From the IMG/VR virus record IMGVR_UViG_2684623189_000005: DNA of 64,000 nt; one strand, 5' to 3'. Below the pieces are notes generated by a model, which searched no databases, was not told where the DNA came from, and saw nothing but the letters and a program-made list of their open reading frames with translations. Each line of letters begins with the position of its first letter. The stretch's first letter is position 1. The stretch comes from a virus (taxonomy: Duplodnaviria; Heunggongvirae; Uroviricota; Caudoviricetes). Positions 18,700-28,699 of this stretch are shown piece by piece. The translations under genes and the position numbers were made by a program.

Positions 18700-19145
18700 C
18701 AGTATTTCTCCAGTAAACCGTCACGACCGCCGAAAGTGGCCGGGCGACTGCGTACACGAAACTCGCCAGGCTCAGGCACATCTTTCTGAGTGGACGGCAG
18801 CCCCAGCGTGAGCCTGTTATCACGTAACTCCCTGAGTTGCCGCAGCGCTTCTTTGTGGTCATCCTTCACCGTATCCGGGAGGTCACCTTCCGGGCGGCGG
18901 GCGTAGAGCCGGTAACGGACCAGCGTGATGGCAATGTCCCGCAGAACAGTCGGTATCTCTGCCAGTGGCAGGATATAGCGTCCGCGCAGATGGGCATCAA
19001 TCAGCTCGTCGGCATAGCGGATACAGCTGTCCACCACACGGGTATTCACTGTTGCAGGCGAGTCGAAGTCCATCTCTTCACTGGTGAGTTCGATAAGCGT
19101 CCGCTCCGGCACCTGCGCAAGCAAATCCTCCAGGGTGCAGTACAT
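18699..19145 (-). CDS. head completion protein (Mu gp36-like)
   Basis: Start at internal Met (MYCTLEDLLAQ...); the upstream part of the track ORF overlaps the previous gene. Confidence 0.5.
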   Translation of the reverse strand: MYCTLEDLLAQVPERTLIELTSEEMDFDSPATVNTRVVDSCIRYADELIDAHLRGRYILPLAEIPTVLRDIAITLVRYRLYARRPEGDLPDTVKDDHKEALRQLRELRDNRLTLGLPSTQKDVPEPGEFRVRSRPATFGGRDGLLEKY

Positions 19146-19146
19146 G

Positions 19147-19485
19147 TCACACCCCGCGCAGGATACGAATGACGTCGCCTTCACCCCCGGCTTCATCAAG
19201 TGCAATACCACAGGATTTACCGTCGCCGGACTGCGGCACGGCTCTGGCCTGAGCATCTGACTGAACAGCCACACCACGGCTGACAGCGGCCCCGGCCTCG
19301 ACAGCAATAATGCCCAGAACGCTCACCGGCGTGCTGTCGCCGGTAACAGCATCCACTTCGGCAACCCCGAGCGCTGCGGCACCGGCTTTACAGGGGGTAT
19401 TATCTGCCCCGACAAAACGCTGCTGTGCCAGTGCTGCCCCTGCCGTTACGGTTGTGATCAGAATGACCTGCTGAGTGGTTCCCAT
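19147..19485 (-). CDS. hypothetical Gly/Ala/Val-rich head protein
   Basis: 112 aa between the major head and gp36-like genes. Confidence 0.45.
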   Translation of the reverse strand: MGTTQQVILITTVTAGAALAQQRFVGADNTPCKAGAAALGVAEVDAVTGDSTPVSVLGIIAVEAGAAVSRGVAVQSDAQARAVPQSGDGKSCGIALDEAGGEGDVIRILRGV

Positions 19486-19494
19486 AACGCCTCC

Positions 19495-20448
19495 TTATTT
19501 ACTGATACCGGTAATGAGATACCCGGCATCGCCACCAACCACGGCGACTTTGTAGATATCGGTATAACGGCAGTACTTCACCTTGCCACCGGCTCCGTCG
19601 TATTTGTCGGCAACAGGCATCCCCTTACGACGCAGGGTGTAGCCGAAGGACGGCTCGTTCTCGTCCGCGCTGTCCGCCCCCGGCTGCGGTTTGCCGACAT
19701 AGTGCAGCATCAGATTGTCTCCCCAGATATCCGCCGGCACGCTGTTCTTATCCATTGCCGCTTTCATGGACGGCAGGGAGACTGGGGCACCGATGACGAT
19801 CTCTTCGATCTGAAAGAGGTCCTGCAGGATTTCTGTGGTGATGCGCTTGCGTTCGTTGGCTCCGATGGCGGCCTGAATCGCCGGGTGGAACTTCAGCAGC
19901 GCCATCACGCCGGCCCCCATGGTCATCAGGTTAGGACGCAGCCCCGTGGCCGTACGGACCGCTTCCATACCGGCTTCAATCACCCCGATGGGGTCCCCCT
20001 TACCACCGGCCCAGCGATCACTGGCTGTCAGTTTTTTGACGTGCCCGGTACGGTAGACCTTTTCATCCTGAGCCAGACGGGCAGCGATAAGTTCACGGCG
20101 CAGGTTCACGCCATTCGTGGCGCGACGGATGGCCTTGCTCTCTTCGTTAAACATGGACTCCGCCTGCTCGCGATAGTCCACCGGCGCAGCCAGATCGTGT
20201 TCACCCAGCACCAGGTCCAGCGTGCCTGTTTTTTCACGGACCAGAACATTGCTGTCCGCCCCGACGGCACGCTCGGTGTCATATTCCACAAAGGCGGTTT
20301 TCCCGAAGGTCGGTACACGCACGCCTTCCTTGTCCGTCAGCACGACGGGGAAAATACGTTCGCCGATGAATGCGGCATTTTTATAGCCACGGGCGATACT
20401 GGTCAGTACCGGATCAACGACACGTTTACCTTTTAAGTAATCAGACAT
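19495..20448 (-). CDS. major head subunit (Mu T-like)
   Basis: 317 aa, MSDYLKGKRVVDPVLTSIARGYKNAAFIGERIFP...; Mu gpT family as recalled. Confidence 0.8.
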   Translation of the reverse strand: MSDYLKGKRVVDPVLTSIARGYKNAAFIGERIFPVVLTDKEGVRVPTFGKTAFVEYDTERAVGADSNVLVREKTGTLDLVLGEHDLAAPVDYREQAESMFNEESKAIRRATNGVNLRRELIAARLAQDEKVYRTGHVKKLTASDRWAGGKGDPIGVIEAGMEAVRTATGLRPNLMTMGAGVMALLKFHPAIQAAIGANERKRITTEILQDLFQIEEIVIGAPVSLPSMKAAMDKNSVPADIWGDNLMLHYVGKPQPGADSADENEPSFGYTLRRKGMPVADKYDGAGGKVKYCRYTDIYKVAVVGGDAGYLITGISK

Positions 20449-20462
20449 GCTCTCTCCTTAAA

Positions 20463-21578
20463 TTACAGGCAGCGTGCGACAGCAGCCTCATAGCTGATGC
20501 CTTCTTTTTTGGACAGGGCCACTGCTTTCTGATGCAGGGCCAGACGCTCAGGATCGGCTTCCGCAAACTCTGCCACATCCACCTTCACCGTGTCGCCGAC
20601 ACGCTCTTTTGTGGCCTGTTCGGCGAAATTCATCACCGGCTCCCCGTCGGAGAGCAATGAACGAAAGGCGGTGGCCAGCGGTGTGCGGCTTTCCCCCTCA
20701 GCAAACTCCACCGGCTTGTCGCCACCGGCGACGGCATCCAGCAGGGCAACCACCACGGAGGAGGCGCGGGGAGCCAGACGGCCCTCTGCGACCAGTTTTT
20801 CTGCAAAGGCCACATTGTCCTTATGCAGTTGCTCCTGTCTGACCTGTGCATCACGCGCATCGCGATCAGCAGCCTGCTGCTTCAGGCGGCGGTTCTCCTC
20901 CTGAAGGGTTTCAATCTCTTCTTTTGTCATCGATGATTCCTCGTTACTTGCGGAAGACGGCCCCGGGCCTGTCTCACTGAATTGTGCACCTGCTGCATCC
21001 TGCGACAGTGTGTCGCGGTACGCCTCTTCGCGCAGACTGTTGAGCTGCCATTCCGGCAGGACTTTTTCTGCCTCGTCCAGACTGAAGCGGGCGATCAGAA
21101 AATCGCGCAGCTTTCCCCACAGGGAGGCATTCGTGATGGCCTGCCAGTCGGCGAACTCCACCACACCTTCTTCCTGCTCACTGAAGGACACCTGTTTCAG
21201 CCCCTTGATGGAAGGTGGCTGTGCCCCGAGAAAGCCCACATGGCGAAGGTAGAGCACGCCGGGCTTCGGATTGGACGGTGAATCCGGGAGGTAGAAAGAG
21301 GCGGACACTTTTTTGAATCGTCCGTCGGTGACCATCTCAGCAAACTGCGGGTCCAGCTGGGCAGGCTCTGCCATCAGATCGACGCCGCTGAGCGACAGGG
21401 CTTTCACCCAGCCCCACGCCGGGTCTTCCGTTCTGGGATGACCAATCACGAGTGGTGCTTCATGGACGGACGGGTCATAGGCTTTCACGCAGGCGGCAAG
21501 ATCGTCTGGCGTGAACGGCAGTTTTTTGCCGTGCATATCGGTATGAGTACCGGCTTTAAAAATGTGAATGGCTGACAT
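20463..21578 (-). CDS. head maturation protease/scaffold (Mu I-like)
   Basis: 371 aa, acidic Glu/Gln-rich C-terminal scaffold-like region; precedes the major head gene. Confidence 0.75.
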   Translation of the reverse strand: MSAIHIFKAGTHTDMHGKKLPFTPDDLAACVKAYDPSVHEAPLVIGHPRTEDPAWGWVKALSLSGVDLMAEPAQLDPQFAEMVTDGRFKKVSASFYLPDSPSNPKPGVLYLRHVGFLGAQPPSIKGLKQVSFSEQEEGVVEFADWQAITNASLWGKLRDFLIARFSLDEAEKVLPEWQLNSLREEAYRDTLSQDAAGAQFSETGPGPSSASNEESSMTKEEIETLQEENRRLKQQAADRDARDAQVRQEQLHKDNVAFAEKLVAEGRLAPRASSVVVALLDAVAGGDKPVEFAEGESRTPLATAFRSLLSDGEPVMNFAEQATKERVGDTVKVDVAEFAEADPERLALHQKAVALSKKEGISYEAAVARCL

Positions 21579-21792
21579 TTTGCTGTCCCGCGTTATGTTG
21601 TCGGAGACAGTTTGTGAGAAATGCAGGCCCGGCGATTTTAATCTGCTTTAGAAAACATCAGGGGAGAAGGACAGGGAAAGCAATGCGGTGAACCGGAGGC
21701 GGTTATAAAACAGAGGCTGTAAAGCCTTTATAAAGGTAATACAGCCCCTCATTCTCTGGCAATGATAAATCACCCGCCTGAAGAGAGAAAAC
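21579..21792 (-). promoter_or_regulatory. intergenic gap between G-like and I-like head genes; candidate Mor/C-dependent late promoter region with inverted repeat
   Basis: 214-bp non-coding gap in an otherwise packed operon; GGCTGTA...TACAGCC inverted repeat; Mu has a late promoter upstream of I. Confidence 0.35.
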
Positions 21793-22251
21793 TCAGCGAC
21801 GGGCCGCTGATTCAAGATGGCGGACAATGGTATCGAGGATGGGGATTACCACTTCAGGCTGTAGTTCTCCATCCCCCGTCACCGGCAGGAACGGGCGGGC
21901 CGGAAGTTCAACAGACTCATTACGCCCCGTTTTACCCCCGAACTGGTGAATGGCACCGTAAACAACGTTGGTCCCCACAACAGCCTGCCGGTCGTCATGG
22001 TCGGTTGATACTGACCCCATCAGACGCCCGGTATCCTGCAGTGTCTGCCCGTCACGTTCTTCCGCTGCCAGCGAGGGCATCCACCCCGGACGCCCCTCAT
22101 CAAGAAAGTTAAACTGTGTTTCCGCCAGCAGGGTTCCGGCGATTTTGCGCATCGCGGGCTCCAGGTCTGTGGCAGCAAGATCCAGCGCACGGAGGCTCCG
22201 GCGCAGGGATTTATCGTTAATGGTGATACTGACCAGGTTATCGGAAGCCAT
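21793..22251 (-). CDS. virion morphogenesis protein (Mu G-like)
   Basis: 152 aa, position between the F-like and I-like genes. Confidence 0.65.
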   Translation of the reverse strand: MASDNLVSITINDKSLRRSLRALDLAATDLEPAMRKIAGTLLAETQFNFLDEGRPGWMPSLAAEERDGQTLQDTGRLMGSVSTDHDDRQAVVGTNVVYGAIHQFGGKTGRNESVELPARPFLPVTGDGELQPEVVIPILDTIVRHLESAARR

Positions 22252-22253
22252 TG

Positions 22254-23075
22254 TTATCCTCTCAGTTCCTGTTGTGCCAGTGGCTGAAGCGTACCCTGAT
22301 AGCGGGCCAGGTCGGGACGGTATGCTGCCCCCGGTGCATAAGACCAGCCGACGTCGGTGGTCACCTTCGTGGTGCCGGTATTAAAGGTGGCCACGTTCCG
22401 CATTTCGCCGGTTTTCTCTGAGACCAGTTTCAGTTCCTGGCCCATGGCAGAGCCGGAGCTGATAACCTTCAGGCCACGGGCACGTACATCCGCCGCACTC
22501 AGGGCAATCACACTACAGCGGCAGCGCCAGCCGTTCGGCGGGTAAAATGCCTGCCAGAACGGGTCATCCCAGCGCAGCACCAGACCATGCAGCGCCAGAT
22601 GGCTCCTGCGGGTATGGCTGTCGTTGATGCCGGTATACATCCAGTACGGCCTGTCGTCGACGTTTTCCATCTGTTCCGCCCAACGACCGGCGCTGTAGAG
22701 TACGGACATATTGGTGCGAAAGATGGTATCGAGCCGCCACGGACTGCCCTGCTGAATGGTGACCGGCTCACCCGTTACCGGGTCAGTCGTGTCACGTGGT
22801 CCCCACCATCCCTTACGCTTCAGCACCGGCTCCAGCTCCTGCCGGAACCAGCGATCGGTTTTTCCTTCATCGACAGCCTGCTGCAGTGCCCCGCGAATAT
22901 CTTCCAGGATATCCAGGCGGGTCACTTTAGCAACGGTAAAGGCGCGGGCATGGGCCTCCTGCCACATTTCTTCCCAGTCCCAGGTAATCTGATACCCTTT
23001 GGACTTCAGGTAGTTGATTGCCCGCTTCGGGGGAAGCGTCATGCAGTACGCCAGTTCAGCCGTTGTCACGCTCAT
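22254..23075 (-). CDS. head morphogenesis protein (Mu F-like)
   Basis: 273 aa; ...HTRRSHLALHGLVLRWDDPFW...GWRCRC motif. Confidence 0.75.
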   Translation of the reverse strand: MSVTTAELAYCMTLPPKRAINYLKSKGYQITWDWEEMWQEAHARAFTVAKVTRLDILEDIRGALQQAVDEGKTDRWFRQELEPVLKRKGWWGPRDTTDPVTGEPVTIQQGSPWRLDTIFRTNMSVLYSAGRWAEQMENVDDRPYWMYTGINDSHTRRSHLALHGLVLRWDDPFWQAFYPPNGWRCRCSVIALSAADVRARGLKVISSGSAMGQELKLVSEKTGEMRNVATFNTGTTKVTTDVGWSYAPGAAYRPDLARYQGTLQPLAQQELRG

Positions 23076-24552
23076 GCAGACGCCCCCAGATATTTGTCAC
23101 AAAGAGAATGCGGGCCAGCCGCTCCTGCAGATCGTCCGTGTTCATCTGAGGGTAGAGCTCCGCCAGTTCGCCCAGCAGCTCAGACGGGTTAACCCCATTT
23201 TCGACCCGCCTGAACAGAGGTGCCAGGACGGGTTCCAGCGTGCCATTTAACGCGCCTCCGTTCATCAGAATGTCCAGCGCGTCGTCAAGCTGCTGCTGAG
23301 CCTGAATATCAGCATCAATCGCCTCGGCAAATGACAGCGGCAGCATGTTATTCTGGCGTTCCGACGGTGGTGTCTCGTCAATATCGCCGTCCTGCAGTTG
23401 GTACTCACGCTTGAAGTACTGCGGGGTCAGACGCAGACCCGCCCGGGTGAGTTTTTCGTCGCGGGTGGCACGGGTGTCATCAATGGCCTCCTGTTCCCAC
23501 ATGGCCCAGACCGGACACGGCACATCGCCGAAGTTCAGGGTGACCACCGTTCTGATGACCTGATTCACTGCCGCCTGAATGATGTCCGCATCCGCATCGC
23601 GGATATCAGCCGTTACCTCCAGCCCGGCCTGTGCAGAGGCCTTGTTACTGTTCGCTTCCGTGGTCTGATTCTGACCGAGTAATGCAATGGAGATCTCACT
23701 GCGTGACAGTGTGATCAGCTCGCGAAATACCTCGCTGCTGTCTGCCTTGCCATCCGCTGCCCTGAGCTCAATACTGCTGTCATCGGGGATGGCGGCCACC
23801 GCGTCCTCCACCATCTGCTCCATGGAGTCCAGCAGTTTTTCAATCTCTGCATCATTTGCGCCCCTCGGGTGCTTACCGATCACCCACGGGGAGCCAAACT
23901 TTTCGGCAAAGCGGAGCCAGAATTTCATCCCGCCTTTCTTGAAGGCGACCGGCCAGAAGCACATGGACAGGTCCGGGAAACCGTAAGGATTGTCATACGA
24001 GGCATCCTGTGCCGGCACCACGAATTTTGACGGTGACAGCAGCTCACCCTCCACACCCGCATCACGCGCCCGGAAGCGCAGGCAGTTGTCCGTATCAAAC
24101 TGAAACCACTCAGGCGGTTTGCCGACAATATCCGTCACCGCCCACGACCTGACCGAACGGCCCCACATGATTTCACAGGGCTGATACCCGTAGAGCACGG
24201 CATCGCTCATTTCACCGATGATGCGGGACAGATCCAGATCGTCGAGCATGTCGCGGATGAAACGGAAGACCCGGGCAGAGGCGTGACCACGCTCCAGTCC
24301 ACGCTCCAGCGATTTGAGCGCTGCTTTACGTCTGCGGATACAGCCCCCGACCAGCGGGTCGGTGCGCAGTTCGCGGTAGATACGGATATCCCGTCCCTGA
24401 GCCTTGAGAATGGGATCAGGATTGGGCAGATACATGCCCAGTCCGTAAAAGTCGATCGCGCGGCTGCGGGAGGCAATCTGCGCGGTCAGTGATTTCTGAG
24501 GCTCAGAAAAAGCAACAAATTCATCGGGTGAAACCCAGATACCCCTCGCCAT
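23056..24552 (-). CDS. portal protein (Mu gp29 family)
   Basis: 498 aa directly downstream of the large terminase. Confidence 0.8.
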   Translation of the reverse strand: MARGIWVSPDEFVAFSEPQKSLTAQIASRSRAIDFYGLGMYLPNPDPILKAQGRDIRIYRELRTDPLVGGCIRRRKAALKSLERGLERGHASARVFRFIRDMLDDLDLSRIIGEMSDAVLYGYQPCEIMWGRSVRSWAVTDIVGKPPEWFQFDTDNCLRFRARDAGVEGELLSPSKFVVPAQDASYDNPYGFPDLSMCFWPVAFKKGGMKFWLRFAEKFGSPWVIGKHPRGANDAEIEKLLDSMEQMVEDAVAAIPDDSSIELRAADGKADSSEVFRELITLSRSEISIALLGQNQTTEANSNKASAQAGLEVTADIRDADADIIQAAVNQVIRTVVTLNFGDVPCPVWAMWEQEAIDDTRATRDEKLTRAGLRLTPQYFKREYQLQDGDIDETPPSERQNNMLPLSFAEAIDADIQAQQQLDDALDILMNGGALNGTLEPVLAPLFRRVENGVNPSELLGELAELYPQMNTDDLQERLARILFVTNIWGRLHERDNG

Positions 24553-26147
24553 CAGAATCCCTCCAGCATACGGGCCGCCTGACGACGACGGCGTGAGCTT
24601 GCCTTCACCGGCCCTTTGTTAATTTCACGGCTGGCGAAATACGCCAGCGCCAGTGCGATGGCTGAATCCCCGTGGCGTTTACCACCGTCAGCCTTTGCTT
24701 TTGAGCGTTGCTCCGGTACGCGGGGGACACCGTTCACCACCTGAACGGCCCGCAGGTCATCCAGTGTGTCTTCATCCTTTGGTAAGTCCACCAGGTTACC
24801 GTCTTCCAGTGCAGCTTTGACCGGAGGCATATGCTCCCGGTACCAGCCTTCGGTTGGCATCACCTGCTGAACCCGGCTGGAGCCGTAGCGCTGCATGGCG
24901 TATTCAGCCAGATAGGCACCATTACCACGGGCATCAAACGCTGCACCCAGCAGACCGGGCAGGCCATCCATCAGATACCAGGTGATTTGCTCCTGCTGTC
25001 TGAACGGCACGTTACGCAGCTCCAGTACGAATGGCACGCGTCGTACCAGGTTCTTCTCCTGCAGCAGGGGATAGTCCACCGACAAATCACCGCTACGGCC
25101 AAAGTCGCGCCCCAGGAAAGAGCGGGCATCAGTGGGGAGTGCCTCCAGCAAGGGTTTCAGATACTCATCAAGCCAGTCCTGCGTCTCGCGGAAGCGAACC
25201 TCATCAGACAGCAGTTCATAACCTTCCTTGCAGGTCAGACGCAATACCGGCGTATCAGCGGACATGCGGGACTCTATCAGGGCACGGGACAGCCAGGCAC
25301 CGCCACCGTTGGCCGGAATACAGTCAAGCTCTTCGGATGCGCCGGCACCGTAGAATTTGTACACCGATGCCATCCAGGCTTGCTCGGATGCCTCCGACCA
25401 TTCCTTCCCGGTGCGCAGACAGACGCGCCGGAACAGCCCCTCAGATACGGCTTCCCGGAAAGTGATGCGATGTATGCTGCCTCCCTGACGTCCGGCACGG
25501 ATATCCCCGATAAGCGTATTGAACGGATTGTCGTCACCGTCATGGGTGGAGATAACGCGTACCTTTCCCCCCCAGATAAGCATCGCCAGCGCCGCTTTCA
25601 GCAGTTCGTCCAGTTGCTCATGGAACGCCGCTTCGTCGATAACAATAATACCCTGACGGCCACGCAGGTTAGACGGGCGGCTGGAGAGCGCAACAATACG
25701 AAAGCCGGAGTCAGGAAATTTGATGGTGTAAGTCTTGATGTGTTTGTCGTCGTCGTCCTCTTCCCAGAATCCTTCTTCAATTTCACTGGCCGCATAGTTG
25801 AATGCCCGTGCCCACATCGCACACGCCTGAATGTATTCGACGGTCATGTCCTGGTTATAAGCGATGTAATACACATTCATCCCGCCTGCTGGCGCAGAAG
25901 AGGCGGCGGTCAGTACGTTATCGGATGCCTCAGCCCATGTAATACCGGTACGACGGCTCTTTTCTATCACCTTAAGCGGAGAGGTGTCTGCCACCCAGCG
26001 CTGCTGGTAAGGCAACAGAACGGGAGGGGCATCCAGCGCCGAGGTATCAGGCAAAACGGGAGCAAGGTTATTCCTCCCGTCCATGGGACTCATCCCTTCG
26101 GGGCCGCCGCCAGCGGCGTTTAAAATCACTCCGGATGATTTTGTCAT
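24552..26147 (-). CDS. terminase large subunit (Mu gp28-like)
   Basis: 531 aa; ATPase plus nuclease-like regions (...VIVIDEAAFHEQ...). Confidence 0.8.
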   Translation of the reverse strand: MTKSSGVILNAAGGGPEGMSPMDGRNNLAPVLPDTSALDAPPVLLPYQQRWVADTSPLKVIEKSRRTGITWAEASDNVLTAASSAPAGGMNVYYIAYNQDMTVEYIQACAMWARAFNYAASEIEEGFWEEDDDDKHIKTYTIKFPDSGFRIVALSSRPSNLRGRQGIIVIDEAAFHEQLDELLKAALAMLIWGGKVRVISTHDGDDNPFNTLIGDIRAGRQGGSIHRITFREAVSEGLFRRVCLRTGKEWSEASEQAWMASVYKFYGAGASEELDCIPANGGGAWLSRALIESRMSADTPVLRLTCKEGYELLSDEVRFRETQDWLDEYLKPLLEALPTDARSFLGRDFGRSGDLSVDYPLLQEKNLVRRVPFVLELRNVPFRQQEQITWYLMDGLPGLLGAAFDARGNGAYLAEYAMQRYGSSRVQQVMPTEGWYREHMPPVKAALEDGNLVDLPKDEDTLDDLRAVQVVNGVPRVPEQRSKAKADGGKRHGDSAIALALAYFASREINKGPVKASSRRRRQAARMLEGF

Positions 26148-26689
26148 GTGGCAATCCCCAGAATCTCGCGACGAAGCGCCTGTACTGCGTCGCTTGACAG
26201 TCCCCCCTTACGGGCAATTTTCTCGGCGTTGCTGGCTGCCTGCTGCGCTCTGGCCCGTACTTCAGACTGGAACTTTTTGAGGTTGACGGACGCGCGGGAC
26301 AGCGTAGCCACATTCTTCGCCACCTTCGACAGCAGGGCCACGCGTTCTTTAGGATCGACTTCGCCTTCTTCCGCCTCCTGCAACTGGACAATACTCTCGA
26401 ACAGCTCGGTCTGAATAAGGGCTATCACAGCCTCCGAACGCGCATCCTGATCGTCTGCTGCGCCTTCGGTCAGCATGCGGGCCGCTTCTGTTGCCGCACG
26501 GATAGCACCATAGCGGCGCTCAATCTTCTGTCCATAGCGATGGATAGCGGATTTGCTGATGACGTACCCCCGCTCACGCAGCAGGGACTCCAGCTCGTTA
26601 TACCCGCTGAAGCCGGATTCAGTCAGCGCCCGTTCAAGCCAGCGGCGCACGTCTTCCGGCAGCTTTTCTATTGTGCTGCGTCTGGCCAT
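26144..26689 (-). CDS. terminase small subunit-like protein (Mu gp27-like)
   Basis: 181 aa; N-terminal HTH-like MARRSTIEKLPEDVRRWL; directly upstream of the large terminase. Confidence 0.6.
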   Translation of the reverse strand: MARRSTIEKLPEDVRRWLERALTESGFSGYNELESLLRERGYVISKSAIHRYGQKIERRYGAIRAATEAARMLTEGAADDQDARSEAVIALIQTELFESIVQLQEAEEGEVDPKERVALLSKVAKNVATLSRASVNLKKFQSEVRARAQQAASNAEKIARKGGLSSDAVQALRREILGIAT

Positions 26690-27000
26690 TATTCACTCCA
26701 GTACTTTTCCGGGCGGGCAATACCCGGACCACATTCCACGGTGTATTCCACCAGGTCTACGCCGAGGCGGGTCAGGTCAGCAAACCAGTCGCCAGAAGGT
26801 TTTTTCTCCAGATCAACCATTTTACGGTCAGCCAGATAATCCAGTTCGCGGCGCAGTTCCAGCGGTGTGGTGTCCGGGTAGATGGCACGGGACACATCCA
26901 GCAGCAGCGTCTCGCTGGCGGTGTAAGGGCGGGTCTTGTTCAGGGCAACCAGCAGACTCCAGCGCAGGGATTCGCGGCGTACCCGGGTAATATCGACCAT
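26689..27000 (-). CDS. hypothetical protein (Mu gp26-like position)
   Basis: 103 aa, start/stop coupled to neighbours. Confidence 0.4.
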   Translation of the reverse strand: MVDITRVRRESLRWSLLVALNKTRPYTASETLLLDVSRAIYPDTTPLELRRELDYLADRKMVDLEKKPSGDWFADLTRLGVDLVEYTVECGPGIARPEKYWSE

Positions 27001-27326
27001 TATTGACCTCCGGTATTGCGGTACTGCTGTACCACTTCCAGTTTGTTATAAAGCGCGTCCAGTTTGGCCTCAATGACTGTCTGGCCACGGATATAATCCT
27101 CTCGACGGACATAATTCAGCGGTAAATCCGCTTTAAATCGCATAAATTCTTTTTCCAGCTCGCCCCAGTTGGAGGCGGATTGTTGCAGGGCCTGTTCAAG
27201 GGAGGCGAATCGTGCCGCCTGGCGTTCTTCTGTTTTACTGAACAACCATTTGGCGAGCCCTCCCACAAACCCCATGAAGGTGAGCAGAAAACTCACCACC
27301 GTCCAGAATTCAACCTGCAGTGTCAT
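27000..27326 (-). CDS. small membrane protein (lysis accessory?)
   Basis: 108 aa, one N-terminal TM helix; sits at the end of the lysis cassette. Confidence 0.4.
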   Translation of the reverse strand: MTLQVEFWTVVSFLLTFMGFVGGLAKWLFSKTEERQAARFASLEQALQQSASNWGELEKEFMRFKADLPLNYVRREDYIRGQTVIEAKLDALYNKLEVVQQYRNTGGQ

Positions 27327-27975
27327 TTCTGTAATCCTTCCCGTTCATCCAGTAACGCGTTTATCTGGTTCCGCCAGCGACGACATTGTCCTGCGTTGTC
27401 GATGATGTTGGCGAGAACGTCACGCTGGGAGACACCCGAATCGCGTAACCGGGTGTCAGTGGTTTCAGGTTGCCCGGTCGCTGTGCCAGAGCGGGTGCCA
27501 GCGGCGGCAACTGAGTCTGAATGACCGGTGTCGACGGATGCGTTGTCATATCCGAGTGCGGCGTTGTACTGGCGCACGAAACCGCGAGTAAACACGCACT
27601 CAATGGGATGGCTCTTACCTTTTTCATCAATCCAGCGCTGTGTGACATCGTTAATTTGCCCCTGTAGTTGTTTATTCCGGCTCTCCAGTTGAGCAATCTG
27701 CTCAAGATAACCGGCTTCAGCCCGCTGCCCGGCGGCCACCTGCTCCTGATACCGTCTGGCCCAGGCCCGCAGCGCAGCATTCTCAAGCGTTGCCTGCTCC
27801 GTTTTGTACGCGTCAAATGCTGACTGCAACTGACTGAGCGCGGTATCACCGTCACGCTTTGCAGAGTCATGACCACTTCTGTATCCCATGGCATACAGGC
27901 CGACCAGAAAGGCATTGATAAGAATGGCCAGCAGAATGCCGCGCCACGGCAGCTTTTTAATCAGATGCCACACAA
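27323..27975 (-). CDS. i-spanin (Rz-like), probable GTG start
   Basis: N-terminal TM (ILLAILINAFLVGLYAMG) followed by coiled-coil periplasmic domain; contains an embedded lipoprotein ORF. Confidence 0.6.
27361..27627 (-). CDS. o-spanin (Rz1-like lipoprotein) embedded in the i-spanin gene
   Basis: MKKVRAIPLSAC lipobox then proline-rich sequence, in an alternate frame inside the i-spanin. Confidence 0.55.
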   Translation of the reverse strand: MKKVRAIPLSACLLAVSCASTTPHSDMTTHPSTPVIQTQLPPLAPALAQRPGNLKPLTPGYAIRVSPSVTFSPTSSTTQDNVVAGGTR

Positions 27976-28697
27976 CTGCTGCCTCCCCATGTGAGATATC
28001 GCGGTGCCAGTTCGCGCAGGATGCGCTGCGGATAATGGCGGTTCTCCCGCCAGCTGGCCGCATTGCGTCCGGCATTCACCGTGGCGACATGTCCGAACCA
28101 GCGGGTGCTGTCCAGACCTTTCTGTGATGCAAGCCGCCTGTCCCGTTGTACCCAGCCCAGACCACCGTTATAGCCCGACAGTGTCATGGCCATACGCTCG
28201 CAGTCACTGGCGGCGCTGACACGCTGCCACAGCCAGCGGTCATAGCTGACCAGCGCCCGGATAGCCCATGCCGGATTAAACGGCTCACGACTGCTCTGCA
28301 TCGGTATCAACTGGCTTATCCAGTCGGCAGTGGCAGGCATGAACTGCGCCAGTCCCTGAGCGCCAGCCGGCGAGATCGCATCAGGTCGCCAGCCGCTTTC
28401 CTGATGCAGTTGCGCGGCGAAATCGGCCACCGGCGCAGACAGTCCCCATTCAAGCCGGGCATTACGGATCACATCATCGCGATACTGCAGCGCAGCCTGC
28501 GGAGGTTGTGCTGCGCATGCCTGGCTGAAAAAGCCGCCACACCAGAGCAACATTGCGACAAAGAATACCCATGCCATATGAACCAGAAAGGTCCCGGCGC
28601 GGACTGACAGGCGTTCGGTTCTGATGAAGACCCGAAAGGCTTCGAAAGCCAGTTTCAGGGACATGCATACAATCCAGGTGATCTGCGGCCAGTTCAT
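27957..28697 (-). CDS. endolysin, lytic transglycosylase (SLT domain), possibly signal-anchored
   Basis: ...LHQESGWRPDAISPAGAQGLAQFMPATA... SLT catalytic motif; hydrophobic N-terminus; true start may be the internal Met near 28577. Confidence 0.75.
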   Translation of the reverse strand: MNWPQITWIVCMSLKLAFEAFRVFIRTERLSVRAGTFLVHMAWVFFVAMLLWCGGFFSQACAAQPPQAALQYRDDVIRNARLEWGLSAPVADFAAQLHQESGWRPDAISPAGAQGLAQFMPATADWISQLIPMQSSREPFNPAWAIRALVSYDRWLWQRVSAASDCERMAMTLSGYNGGLGWVQRDRRLASQKGLDSTRWFGHVATVNAGRNAASWRENRHYPQRILRELAPRYLTWGGSSCVASD

Positions 28698-28699
28698 GA

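Noticed and set aside
24831-26123. 430-aa plus-strand ORF
   Set aside because: Antisense shadow of the Mu-like large terminase gene; no family signature.
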